From contig JARGFH010000008.1 in the NCBI GenBank assembly GCA_029210695.1, forward strand, positions 1-64,000: 64,000 nt of DNA. Reading direction: 5' to 3'. Of the stretch, positions 20,285 to 29,123 are shown one piece after another. The stretch comes from Acidimicrobiia bacterium (GTDB lineage Bacteria > Actinomycetota > Acidimicrobiia > Spongiisociales > JAHEDJ01). Within the stretch, counting starts at the first letter, position 1. Every line of letters begins with the position of its first letter. The notes under the pieces were generated by a model that had not been told where the DNA came from, did not search any database, and worked only from the letters and a program-made list of their open reading frames with translations. Position numbers and translations under genes: made by a program.

Positions 20285-21439
20285 GTGGACTTTGTGGAGA
20301 CGCAGGAGCAGTTGATGTTGCGACAGGCGATCGCAGAGATCGCGGCGGGCTTCGGCCACGAGTACTACGCCGAGCGGGGTCGGCGCGGTGAGAAGGTAGA
20401 GGAACTCTGGGAGGCGCTGGCGGGTGGCGGGTTCGTCGGCGTCAACATCCCTGAGCAGTTCGGCGGTGGCGGGATGGGCATCTATGAGCTTGCCATCGTG
20501 TGCGAGGAACTGGCCGCCCAGGGCCTCCCATTGCTGATCCTCATCGTCTCGCCGGCCATCGCCGGATCGATCATCGCCAGATTCGGCACGGACGGACAGC
20601 AGCAGGCGTGGTTACCCGGCCTGGCAACGGGGGAGCGACGGATTGCCTTCGCCATCACGGAACCGGATGCCGGATCGAATTCGCATCGCATCTCGACGAC
20701 GGCCAAACGCGATGGCGATGTGTATCGCCTCAACGGCCAGAAGTACTACATCTCCGCGGTCGACGAGGCGGATCAGATCCTGGTGGTGACTCGCACCGGA
20801 GTCGATGAAACCACCGGGAACGCGCAGCTGTCGCTGTTCGTGGTTGATGTGGACACGCAAGGACTGACGAAGCAAAAGATCAACATGGAAATGGTCTCCC
20901 CGGAGAACCAGTACACGCTGTTCTTTGACAATGCGGCCGTACCGGCCGATCGCCTGGTCGGGACCGAGGGGGACGGCCTCCGTCAGGTCTTCCAGGGCCT
21001 CAATCCCGAGCGCATCACCGGTGCCGCTATCGGAGCGGGTATCGGCCGCTATGCGCTCGACAAAGCAGCCGATTACGCCCGTCAACGCAAAGTATGGGAT
21101 GTGCCGATCGGTGCACACCAGGGAATCGCTCACCCACTCGCCAAGGCCAAGGTCGAGGTGGAACTTGCCAAGCTCATGACCTACAAAGCCGCCTGGCAAT
21201 ACGATCACGGACATGATGCGGCAGAAGCCGCCAACATGGCCAAATACGCCGCCGGCGAGGCGGCACTCGAGGCGCTCGACCACTCGATCCAAACGCACGG
21301 AGGAAACGGCCTGGCCTCCGAATACGGCCTCGCCGACATGTGGGGGAACGCGCGCCTGCTTCGAACAGCTCCGATCAGCCGTGAGATGATCCTCAACTTC
21401 GTTGCTCAGCACTCCCTCGGACTCCCTAAGTCGTACTGA
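20285..21439 (+). CDS. Acyl-CoA dehydrogenase
   Basis: FAITEPDAGS, NGQK, LNPERI and QTHGGNG motifs. Confidence 0.93.
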   Translation: MDFVETQEQLMLRQAIAEIAAGFGHEYYAERGRRGEKVEELWEALAGGGFVGVNIPEQFGGGGMGIYELAIVCEELAAQGLPLLILIVSPAIAGSIIARFGTDGQQQAWLPGLATGERRIAFAITEPDAGSNSHRISTTAKRDGDVYRLNGQKYYISAVDEADQILVVTRTGVDETTGNAQLSLFVVDVDTQGLTKQKINMEMVSPENQYTLFFDNAAVPADRLVGTEGDGLRQVFQGLNPERITGAAIGAGIGRYALDKAADYARQRKVWDVPIGAHQGIAHPLAKAKVEVELAKLMTYKAAWQYDHGHDAAEAANMAKYAAGEAALEALDHSIQTHGGNGLASEYGLADMWGNARLLRTAPISREMILNFVAQHSLGLPKSY

Positions 21440-22470
21440 TGAAAGAAGAAGCCGCGCCCGCCTCGCCCGACTCAAAAGAGGTCGCGTCGGGGGTCATCAG
21501 GGTGCAGCTGCCGATCAACTTCACCGGCCTCGGGCATACGAACATGTATGTTCTCGAGGATGACCGCGGCGCCGCCGTTATCGACACGGGCTTGCCCGGC
21601 AGAGCGGCCTGGGCGGCCATCCGTCGTGGATTGGATGCTGCCGGTGTCCCGATCGCCAGGGTCCACACGATCATGGTCACACACTCGCATCCCGATCACT
21701 TCGGTAATGCTGCCAGGCTGGCTGCCGAATCGGGCGCCGAACTCCTGACGCACAAGTCGTTCCAGATCTGGTGGACACTCGACAACCACTCGGAAATCGA
21801 CGAGGACGAGCTGGCCCGGCATGCGGAAGCCCGGGCGGGCCGGATGCCCTGGCATGGCGCGTCGCAGCGCCGTTCGGCCGGTGCCCGTGCCCGCGGGTGG
21901 TGGATGCGCAACGTCGGCCATCGCATGTATCGGATCCCCACCCCGACCAGGCGTCTCATCGACGGCGAGGAGCTTCAGCTCGGCCGCCGCACTTTGCAGG
22001 CGGTCCATACGCCGGGGCACACGGCGGATCATTTGTGTTGGTTCGATCCGGAATCGGGGGTGCTGTTCAGCGGTGATCACGTGTTGCCGACCATCACGCC
22101 GCACATCGCCGGAATCGGGGCCGGCGCCGACCCGCTGGCCGACTATGTGGCCAGCCTCGACAAGGCGGTCGCTTTGCCCGGTGTTGGTTTGGTGCTTCCG
22201 GCTCACGGCGACCCGATCGTCGACCTGGCCCGTCGGGCGGCTTCGATCAAGCATCACCACGAGGAACGCCTCGATCAACTCCGCCAAATCGTCGCGACCT
22301 CCGGCCCGATGTCGGTCGAAATTCTGGCGGAGGAACTGTTTCCGAAACGTTCGTGGGGGTTCATGGCGGAGAGCGAGACGTTTGCCCATATCGAACATCT
22401 TCGCTTCCTCGGTGAAGTCGACCGGGCAACCGTCGACGGCAGGGTGGTGTTTGGAGCCACTCACCATTAG
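21439..22470 (+). CDS. MBL-fold metallo-hydrolase
   Basis: THSHPDH, TPGHT, SGDH and PAHG motifs. Confidence 0.9.
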   Translation: MKEEAAPASPDSKEVASGVIRVQLPINFTGLGHTNMYVLEDDRGAAVIDTGLPGRAAWAAIRRGLDAAGVPIARVHTIMVTHSHPDHFGNAARLAAESGAELLTHKSFQIWWTLDNHSEIDEDELARHAEARAGRMPWHGASQRRSAGARARGWWMRNVGHRMYRIPTPTRRLIDGEELQLGRRTLQAVHTPGHTADHLCWFDPESGVLFSGDHVLPTITPHIAGIGAGADPLADYVASLDKAVALPGVGLVLPAHGDPIVDLARRAASIKHHHEERLDQLRQIVATSGPMSVEILAEELFPKRSWGFMAESETFAHIEHLRFLGEVDRATVDGRVVFGATHH

Positions 22471-22531
22471 CCCTGGGCGTGAGCCTGGAGTAAGAACCTA
22501 GAACTCATAACCTAGAACTGCTTGCCATCTG

Positions 22532-22577
22532 TGAAGAGCCGATCATGCCCCAGCCCGGTGGCACGATCGGCTCTTCA
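22532..22577. terminator. Strong intergenic hairpin, possible terminator
   Basis: TGAAGAGCCGATC...GATCGGCTCTTCA 13-bp perfect stem, extendable; no long T-tract. Confidence 0.5.
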
Positions 22578-22756
22578 GTTCGCCCGTCCCCGGCGAGAAT
22601 CTGTTCTTGTGCAGCAAGAGTCCGGTCGGCAGCCACTCTTCCTTTCGCGATGAGCATTCAATTCTCGCGCTGAATAACTAGTCACTTAGTCTCGACCTCC
22701 GTGGCGGGTGAGCCGTGGCCGTGCGAATATGATCACCCAACTTCGCGGAGCGCCAG

Positions 22757-24304
22757 ATGATCCACACCAGCCCGTACCCCGGTGTCTCGATACCCGATGT
22801 GTCCATCACGACCTATGTGTTGAAGGAGGCGAGTGCTAACCCGGACAAGCCGGCGTTGATCGACGGCCCTACCGGTCGCCAACTCACATTCGGGCAGCTC
22901 GAGGCCGGCATTCGTGCCCTGGCGGGGGGCCTGCGCTCCCGCGGATTCGGCCGAGGTGACGTCCTCGCCATCCTGGCTCCCAACCTACCGGAGTACGCGA
23001 TCGTGTTCCACGGAGCCGCGATGGCAGGCGGAACGATCACCACTCTCAACCCCACCTACACGGCAGAAGAGGTGAGGTTCCAGTTGGAGGACTCGGGAGC
23101 CTCATACCTCGTGACGGTCGGCATCATCGTCGATGTCGCCAGGGAAGCGGCGGCTCGGGCCGGTCTGGAGAACGTCTACACGATCGACCCGACCGAAGGC
23201 GCGGCGCCCCTGAGTGAGCTGTTCGGCGCTCCGCTCGGCGAGCACACGCCGGTCAACCCCTCAGAAGACGTCGTGGTGCTGCCCTATTCGAGCGGGACGA
23301 CGGGTCTCCCCAAAGGCGTCATGCTCACTCACCGAAACCTCGTAGCCAATCTGGAGCAGAGTCAGGTCGTCCTCGAGATTTCCCCTGACGACATCGGGAT
23401 CGGGATTCTTCCCTTCTTCCACATATACGGCATGCAGGTTCTGATGAACGGCGCGCTGGCGCAGGGGACAACCCTCGTCACGATGCCCCGGTTCGACCTC
23501 GCTCAGTTCTTGCAGATCTGCCAGGACCATGCGGTGACCCGCTATTACCTCGTACCTCCGATCGTGCTGGCTCTGGCCAAGCATCCGCTGGTCGACGAGT
23601 ACGACCTCTCTGCGGCCAGGCAGGTTTTCTCCGGTGCGGCGCCGCTCGGCGCAGAACTCGCCGCCCAAGCTGCGGCAAGGGTGGGATGCGAGGTCGTCCA
23701 GGGCTACGGCCTCACCGAGACGAGCCCGGTCACCCATGCGACTCCGGTCGGCGGCTTCAAAGCGGGTTCCATCGGGGTGTTGCTTCCGAACACCGAGTGC
23801 AGGATCGTTGATCCGGTCTCAGGTGCGGATCTCGGCCTCGATGACGATGGAGAGATCTGGATTCGTGGCGATCAGGTGATGAAGGGATACCTCAACAACC
23901 CGGAAGCGACCGCGGTCACAATCGATGAGCATGGCTGGCTCCACACCGGCGACATCGGCCATGTCGATGAAGATGGGCACTACTTCATCGTCGACCGCCT
24001 CAAAGAGCTGATCAAGTACAAGGGATTCCAGGTGGCGCCTGCCGAACTCGAGGCATTGCTGCTCACCCACCCCGCCGTCGCCGACGTGGCGGTCGTGCCA
24101 ATTCCCGACGTCGAGGCGGGTGAACTCCCCAAAGCGTTCGTGGTGACAAAACCCGACGCGGCGGTTGCCGCGGCGGATCTCCAGGAGTACGTGGCCGGTC
24201 ACGTCGCACACTACAAACAGATCAGGGCTCTCGAGTTCGTCGACGAGATCCCCAAGTCGGCGTCCGGGAAGATCCTCCGGAGGGTTCTCCGCGACCGGGG
24301 GTAG
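22757..24304 (+). CDS. 4-coumarate--CoA ligase-like acyl-CoA synthetase
   Basis: PYSSGTTGLPKGV, QGYGLTE, GEIWIRG, GWLHTGD and ELIKYKGFQV motifs. Confidence 0.92.
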   Translation: MIHTSPYPGVSIPDVSITTYVLKEASANPDKPALIDGPTGRQLTFGQLEAGIRALAGGLRSRGFGRGDVLAILAPNLPEYAIVFHGAAMAGGTITTLNPTYTAEEVRFQLEDSGASYLVTVGIIVDVAREAAARAGLENVYTIDPTEGAAPLSELFGAPLGEHTPVNPSEDVVVLPYSSGTTGLPKGVMLTHRNLVANLEQSQVVLEISPDDIGIGILPFFHIYGMQVLMNGALAQGTTLVTMPRFDLAQFLQICQDHAVTRYYLVPPIVLALAKHPLVDEYDLSAARQVFSGAAPLGAELAAQAAARVGCEVVQGYGLTETSPVTHATPVGGFKAGSIGVLLPNTECRIVDPVSGADLGLDDDGEIWIRGDQVMKGYLNNPEATAVTIDEHGWLHTGDIGHVDEDGHYFIVDRLKELIKYKGFQVAPAELEALLLTHPAVADVAVVPIPDVEAGELPKAFVVTKPDAAVAAADLQEYVAGHVAHYKQIRALEFVDEIPKSASGKILRRVLRDRG

Positions 24305-24344
24305 ACAGCGGTTGGATCCACCGCCACCACTAGGTTGGGTCAGA

Positions 24345-26351
24345 GTGAAGCAACGCCTCCGTACCCTCGTTCGCCGCCAGACGACGGCCGTGTTCATCGG
24401 TTTGTCGCTCGTCGTCGGGCTGCTGGCCGGTCTGGGCGGGGCCGCAATGATCGGGAGCATCGAACTCGTTCGCGACGGCGTCGGGTGGATGGACGGTGCT
24501 CTGTCGTGGGGGCGCTTCATGCCGCTGCTCACCGTCCCGGTCGGGCTGTTCGCAGCCTGGGCTTTGGCGCAGCGCTTTCCTGAACTGCGCGGAAGCGGCG
24601 TTCCGGAGACGACCGCCGGTCTGGCGGTTCGTTCCGGCTATGTGCCGACCCGGTCCAGCTACCTCAAGATTCTCGCCACCGCATTGACACTAGGCAGTGG
24701 AGGTTCGGCCGGGCGAGAGGGACCAACGGTGATGGTCGGTGGGGCGATCGGTTCATCGATCGGACGCTACTCGGGTCTCGGGGAAGACCAGGTGCGCAGC
24801 CTCGTTGCCGCAGGGGCGGGGGCCGGGATTGGAGCATCCTTCAACGCTCCCATTGCCGGGATGTTGTTCGCGATGGAGGTGATCCTCGGCAATTTTGCCA
24901 TTCGCCATCTCAACGCGGTGGTCATTGCCTCCGTCACTGCCGCAGTGACTGCCAGATCGATTGTCGGTGAGGACCGGATTCTGTCTGTCCAGCCCCACAG
25001 TGTCGGCGATCCAACGGAACTCGTCCTCTATGTGGTTCTGGGATTGCTGGCCGCGGTGGTGGGGTTTCTCTTCCTGAAGACGTTCGACTCAGTCCATACC
25101 CCGTTCGCCCGGTTCGAGAGGCGGACCTGGTTGCGTCCGCTGGCGTTCGGGATTCCGGTGGCCGCCATCGTGACGATCGAGCCGAGGGTCCTCGGAACCG
25201 GCCAGGACTTCATTCAGCAACTCGTGGGCGGCGGAATCATGGATATCGCCTGGTGGGTTCTGCTGGTGCTGGTCGGCCTGAAGATCCTGGCAACGGCGGG
25301 GACCCTCGGATCTCAGGCCTCGGGTGGCCATTTCATGCCGGCGCTCTTCATCGGGTCGTCGCTCGGCGCTGCGTTTGCCGTGCTCGTCGAGCCGGTCTGG
25401 GGGTTTTCTCAACTCGACACGGGAGCGTTTGCCGTAGTGGGGATGGCGGCGATGTTCGCGGCGGTCGCCCGGGCGCCGCTCACGTCGATCCTCATCGTGT
25501 TCGAATTGACCGGCGATTACGGTCTCGTCCTCCCACTCATGCTGGCTACCTCCTTGTCGACCGCCATCGCTGATCGAATACACAAAGAGAGCGTCTACAC
25601 CATCCCCCTTGTGCGCAGGGGCATCCGATTACTGCGCACCAGCGATGTCGACTTGCTCGACACGGTGGCGGTTGGCGAGGTGATGAGCCTTTGGAGCGAG
25701 GTACTCCGACCAGGGATGACGACCGGAGAGGTGCAAGCAATGCTCGACCTGCATCGTCACCACGGGCTGCCGGTCGCCGACGACTCAGGTCGCCTCGTCG
25801 GCATTCTCACGGTCACCGACATTCTGCGGACGGGTGGGCCGTCTGATCAGGTAACCGCGGCCGAAGCAATGACCCCGCGTCCCGTCACCGTGACACCGGA
25901 AACGCCGGTGTCGCTGGCCCTCGAGCGCATGGCCAGCCTCGGTGTCGGGAGACTGCCGGTCGTCTCCGAAGACGATCCGACCCACCTGGTGGGGATGTTC
26001 CGGCGAGAGACCGCGGTCAAGGCCTACCACCACGCACTGACCGAGGTCACCGAGACGGAGCTGTTGCGCAAGCGCCAGCGCCTATGGACGCGGCCGGACG
26101 CCGAGTTCTTCGAGTTTCACATTCCGGCCGGGTCGATGGCCGACGGTAGGCAGGTGAAAGAGGTTCACTGGCCGGCGGGGTGCACGTTGGTGGCCATCCG
26201 GCGCGGCCGGGCCGTGTTGGTCCCTGAGGGCAACACGGCTCTCCAGGACGGCGACATCGTCACCGGTTTCGGAGCGCCTGGAGCCCGGTCGCAGGTCCTG
26301 GAGCGGTTGCGTGCAACGGCACACGATGAGGATGTGGCGCCGGGTGATTGA
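24345..26351 (+). CDS. ClC-family chloride channel/antiporter with CBS pair and TrkA-C domain
   Basis: GSGVP, GREGP and GGHFMP motifs; C-terminal CBS repeats and IRRG..VPEGNT TrkA-C; GTG start inferred. Confidence 0.92.
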   Translation: MKQRLRTLVRRQTTAVFIGLSLVVGLLAGLGGAAMIGSIELVRDGVGWMDGALSWGRFMPLLTVPVGLFAAWALAQRFPELRGSGVPETTAGLAVRSGYVPTRSSYLKILATALTLGSGGSAGREGPTVMVGGAIGSSIGRYSGLGEDQVRSLVAAGAGAGIGASFNAPIAGMLFAMEVILGNFAIRHLNAVVIASVTAAVTARSIVGEDRILSVQPHSVGDPTELVLYVVLGLLAAVVGFLFLKTFDSVHTPFARFERRTWLRPLAFGIPVAAIVTIEPRVLGTGQDFIQQLVGGGIMDIAWWVLLVLVGLKILATAGTLGSQASGGHFMPALFIGSSLGAAFAVLVEPVWGFSQLDTGAFAVVGMAAMFAAVARAPLTSILIVFELTGDYGLVLPLMLATSLSTAIADRIHKESVYTIPLVRRGIRLLRTSDVDLLDTVAVGEVMSLWSEVLRPGMTTGEVQAMLDLHRHHGLPVADDSGRLVGILTVTDILRTGGPSDQVTAAEAMTPRPVTVTPETPVSLALERMASLGVGRLPVVSEDDPTHLVGMFRRETAVKAYHHALTEVTETELLRKRQRLWTRPDAEFFEFHIPAGSMADGRQVKEVHWPAGCTLVAIRRGRAVLVPEGNTALQDGDIVTGFGAPGARSQVLERLRATAHDEDVAPGD

Positions 26352-26387
26352 CGGGGAGACGTGACAGCCTCTGCCGGTGGGCCGGGG

Positions 26388-26795
26388 TCAAACCACGGAG
26401 TCCGTCGCGGGAAGCGGAGCAAACAAGTCAACCGGATTGCCGTCTGGATCGAGGACTGTGGCGTAGCGCTGGCCCCACGGGGCGTCGAACGGTGCGACGT
26501 GGCTCCGATTCCCGGCGGCGACTATGAGGCGGTGCCGGTCGTCCACTTCCTCCGGCGAACCGCACAGGAAGGCCAGCGCAATGCGATGACCACCTGTCGG
26601 CGGTTCCCACCGCGAGAACGATCTGACGATGTCGACCGTGTCGAGCATCAGTCGTAGCCCGCGGGCGAGGTTCAGCTCGACGTGCCCCTCGCTATGTGTT
26701 CCCGGCGGAATTTCGAGCCCGAGCAACGCGTAGAACGCCAGGCTCTTCTCCATGTCCTCGACGATGATTCCCATCGCATCAAATCGAACGGCCAT
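26388..26795 (-). CDS. VOC/glyoxalase family protein
   Basis: DMEKSLAFY and PFDAPWGQRYATVLDPDGNPVDL motifs. Confidence 0.9.
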   Translation of the reverse strand: MAVRFDAMGIIVEDMEKSLAFYALLGLEIPPGTHSEGHVELNLARGLRLMLDTVDIVRSFSRWEPPTGGHRIALAFLCGSPEEVDDRHRLIVAAGNRSHVAPFDAPWGQRYATVLDPDGNPVDLFAPLPATDSVV

Positions 26796-26866
26796 CTGCA
26801 CCTCCATGAGGCAGTGTATGGGGGTCTGCACCAAAAACACGGCGGGAATCTGCCACGATGGTCGCT

Positions 26867-27988
26867 ATGAACACCGCAGATTTCCTGGTAGTCGGCGGCG
26901 GTATCGCCGGAGCGTCGGCTGCCTACGAACTTGCCGCCCACGGCCGCGTCGTCCTGCTCGAACGCGAGCCTCAGTGTGGCTACCACACCACCGGTCGATC
27001 GGCCGCTTTGTTCACCGAAGCCTGGGAGACCCCGACAATCAGGTCGATCGTTGCGGCCGGCCGGTCGTTCTTCGAAGAACCCCCCGACGGTTTCACCGCC
27101 GTCCCCCTGGTTGCGCCTCGCCGCATCCTGCTCATCGGTCGACCAGATCAGCGGGGAGCCGTCGAAGCTGCCGCCGCCGATGCCCGGACTGAGATCCCCT
27201 CCGTCCGGATGATCGACGGACAGGAGGCGCTCGAGTTGTGTCCGGCTCTGCGGCCGGACTACCTGGATGTCGCTGTTCTCGAGTCGGGCGGGTACACGAT
27301 CGACGTCGACGCGCTCCTGCAGGGCTTTCTTCGCGGTGTGCGTCGTCGTCACGGTGAGGTGGTCACAGGCGCTCCCGTCATCGGAATCGAACGCTTGGAT
27401 TCCGGTTGGAACGTCACCGCCGGTGAACAGCGTTTCGCCGCCCGGGTGCTCATAAATGCGGCAGGCGCCTGGTCGGATCAGATCGCCGGCCTGGCCGGCG
27501 TTCAACCGGTCGGGTTGACGCCGTTGCGACGAACGGCCTTTACGTTTTCCGGCCCGTCGAATCATGATGTTCGGCAGTGGCCGGCGGTGATCGATATCGA
27601 CGAGCAGTTCTACTTCGAGCCTGAAGGCCCGCAACTACTTGGCTCGCCGGCCGATGAGACGCCAACTCATCCGCACGATGTGCGCGCTGAAGAGATCGAC
27701 GTGGCTATCGCAATCGAGCGGATCCAGGCGGCCACAACGATCGAGATTCGCCACGTTCGCAGGGCGTGGGCGGGGTTACGGACCTTCGCTCCGGATCGCT
27801 TGCCGGTGGTAGGGCCCGACCCGGATGTGCCCGACTTCATCTGGCTGGCCGGGCAGGGCGGATTCGGGATAATGACGTCGCCGGCGATGGCGAGAATCGC
27901 AATGTCGATGGCGATCGGGGCCGGCTTCCCCCTGGGCCTGCCTGCGCACCTCGAGGCTGCTATCCGGCCGGAACGGCTCCGGACGTGA
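26867..27988 (+). CDS. FAD-dependent oxidoreductase, DAO family (D-amino acid dehydrogenase-like)
   Basis: GGGIAG, GYHTTGRSAA, WAGLRTF and GQGGFG motifs. Confidence 0.9.
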   Translation: MNTADFLVVGGGIAGASAAYELAAHGRVVLLEREPQCGYHTTGRSAALFTEAWETPTIRSIVAAGRSFFEEPPDGFTAVPLVAPRRILLIGRPDQRGAVEAAAADARTEIPSVRMIDGQEALELCPALRPDYLDVAVLESGGYTIDVDALLQGFLRGVRRRHGEVVTGAPVIGIERLDSGWNVTAGEQRFAARVLINAAGAWSDQIAGLAGVQPVGLTPLRRTAFTFSGPSNHDVRQWPAVIDIDEQFYFEPEGPQLLGSPADETPTHPHDVRAEEIDVAIAIERIQAATTIEIRHVRRAWAGLRTFAPDRLPVVGPDPDVPDFIWLAGQGGFGIMTSPAMARIAMSMAIGAGFPLGLPAHLEAAIRPERLRT

Positions 27989-28034
27989 CCCGGCGTTTCC
28001 CTCGGGCAGGCTCGGCGATCGGGCCCGCCACGTC

Positions 28035-28844
28035 GTGAAGGTCTCAATCGTCGACCCGGCCGACCCGCGGATTCTCGACTACATAGGGCTACGCGATCAT
28101 CAACTGCGGCGGCAGCGGGAGGCGTCCGGAGGCGACCTGGCCGGCGTGTTCATCGCCGAAGGGGCCCTCGTCGTCGAGCGAGCCCTCCTCGCCGGCTACC
28201 GGCTCAAGTCGCTGCTTATCGACGCTACCCGGGGTGAGCCGATCCCGGCGATGGTCCCTGCCGACGTTCCCCACTACTTCGCGGGTCCGGACGTCGTACT
28301 CGAGGTCACGGGCATCCACCTGCATCGAGGCCTCATCTCCGTGTTCTACCGCAAACAGCTTCCATACCCGGAGGAGGTGCTGGCGGCGGCGCGCCGCGTC
28401 GTTGTACTCGAGAACGTGACGAACCCGACCAACCTCGGAGTCATTGTTCGGGCGGCCGCCGGCCTCGGGTTGGATGGACTGCTCCTGGACCCGAGGAGCT
28501 GTGATCCCCTTTATCGGAGGGCACTCCGGGTGGCGATGGGAGAAGCTTTCGCCCTCCCGCATGCGCGGATCAACAGGTTGCCGATGGGGCTCGATCCGGT
28601 CCGTAGAGCAGGGTTCCGGATCGCGGCGCTGACACCGGATGCGTCGGCCATCCCGATTGACCAGCTCGTGATCGAGGCGGATGAGAAGCTCGCCGTCGTG
28701 CTCGGCGCAGAGGGGCCGGGACTCACGGAAGAGACACTGGCGGCGGTCGACGATCGGGTGAGGATTCCGATGCAGAACGGGGTTGATTCGCTCAACGTGG
28801 GGTCGGCAGCCGCGGTGGCTTTTTACGCTCTGACGCGGCGCTGA
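28035..28844 (+). CDS. TrmH/SpoU family RNA methyltransferase
   Basis: NLGVIVR, LGAEGPGL and DSLNV motifs. Confidence 0.92.
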   Translation: MKVSIVDPADPRILDYIGLRDHQLRRQREASGGDLAGVFIAEGALVVERALLAGYRLKSLLIDATRGEPIPAMVPADVPHYFAGPDVVLEVTGIHLHRGLISVFYRKQLPYPEEVLAAARRVVVLENVTNPTNLGVIVRAAAGLGLDGLLLDPRSCDPLYRRALRVAMGEAFALPHARINRLPMGLDPVRRAGFRIAALTPDASAIPIDQLVIEADEKLAVVLGAEGPGLTEETLAAVDDRVRIPMQNGVDSLNVGSAAAVAFYALTRR

Positions 28845-28878
28845 AAGCTCTGCCCTTCCCGTTTTCGGAGGGCGGACT

Positions 28879-29103
28879 TCAGCGGATCTGGTCGGCGATC
28901 TCCTCGTACTCCGCGTGGCGTCCCGTCGCCTTCTTCGAGTAGATGAGCTTCCCATCAACGACAACTTCGAACACGCCTCCGCGCGAGGGGATCAGCGTGG
29001 CGGCCTGTATCCCTTCCTCGAACTCGGTCAGTATTTGCTCGACCATGCGAACCGCACGGTCAAGATACTTTCATTGCGCGCAGTACTCGATGCTGATGAT
29101 CAT
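28879..29103 (-). CDS. SelW/SelT/SelH (Rdx family) selenoprotein, 74 aa, CxxU with in-frame TGA (not in the ORF track)
   Basis: GGAGG RBS. Reads MIISIEYCAQ(U)KYLDRAVRMVEQILTEFEEGIQAATLIPSRGGVFEVVVDGKLIYSKKATGRHAEYEEIADQIR*, with Rdx hallmarks IEYCxxU and GGVFEV..DG..IYSK. TGA at 29073-29071. Confidence 0.9.
29038..29064 (-). promoter_or_regulatory. Putative bacterial SECIS hairpin
   Basis: Starts 6 nt after the UGA: CUUGACC-GUGCG-GUU-CGCAU-GGUCGAG, a 12-bp stem with a G-containing apical loop. Confidence 0.7.
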
Positions 29104-29123
29104 GCGACCTCCTGGCGGCGAGC

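Noticed and set aside
22532..22577. GAAGAGCC...GGCTCTTC resembling abutted ISL3 ends
   Set aside because: The match is only 8 nt and is part of a longer hairpin; no transposase remnant nearby.
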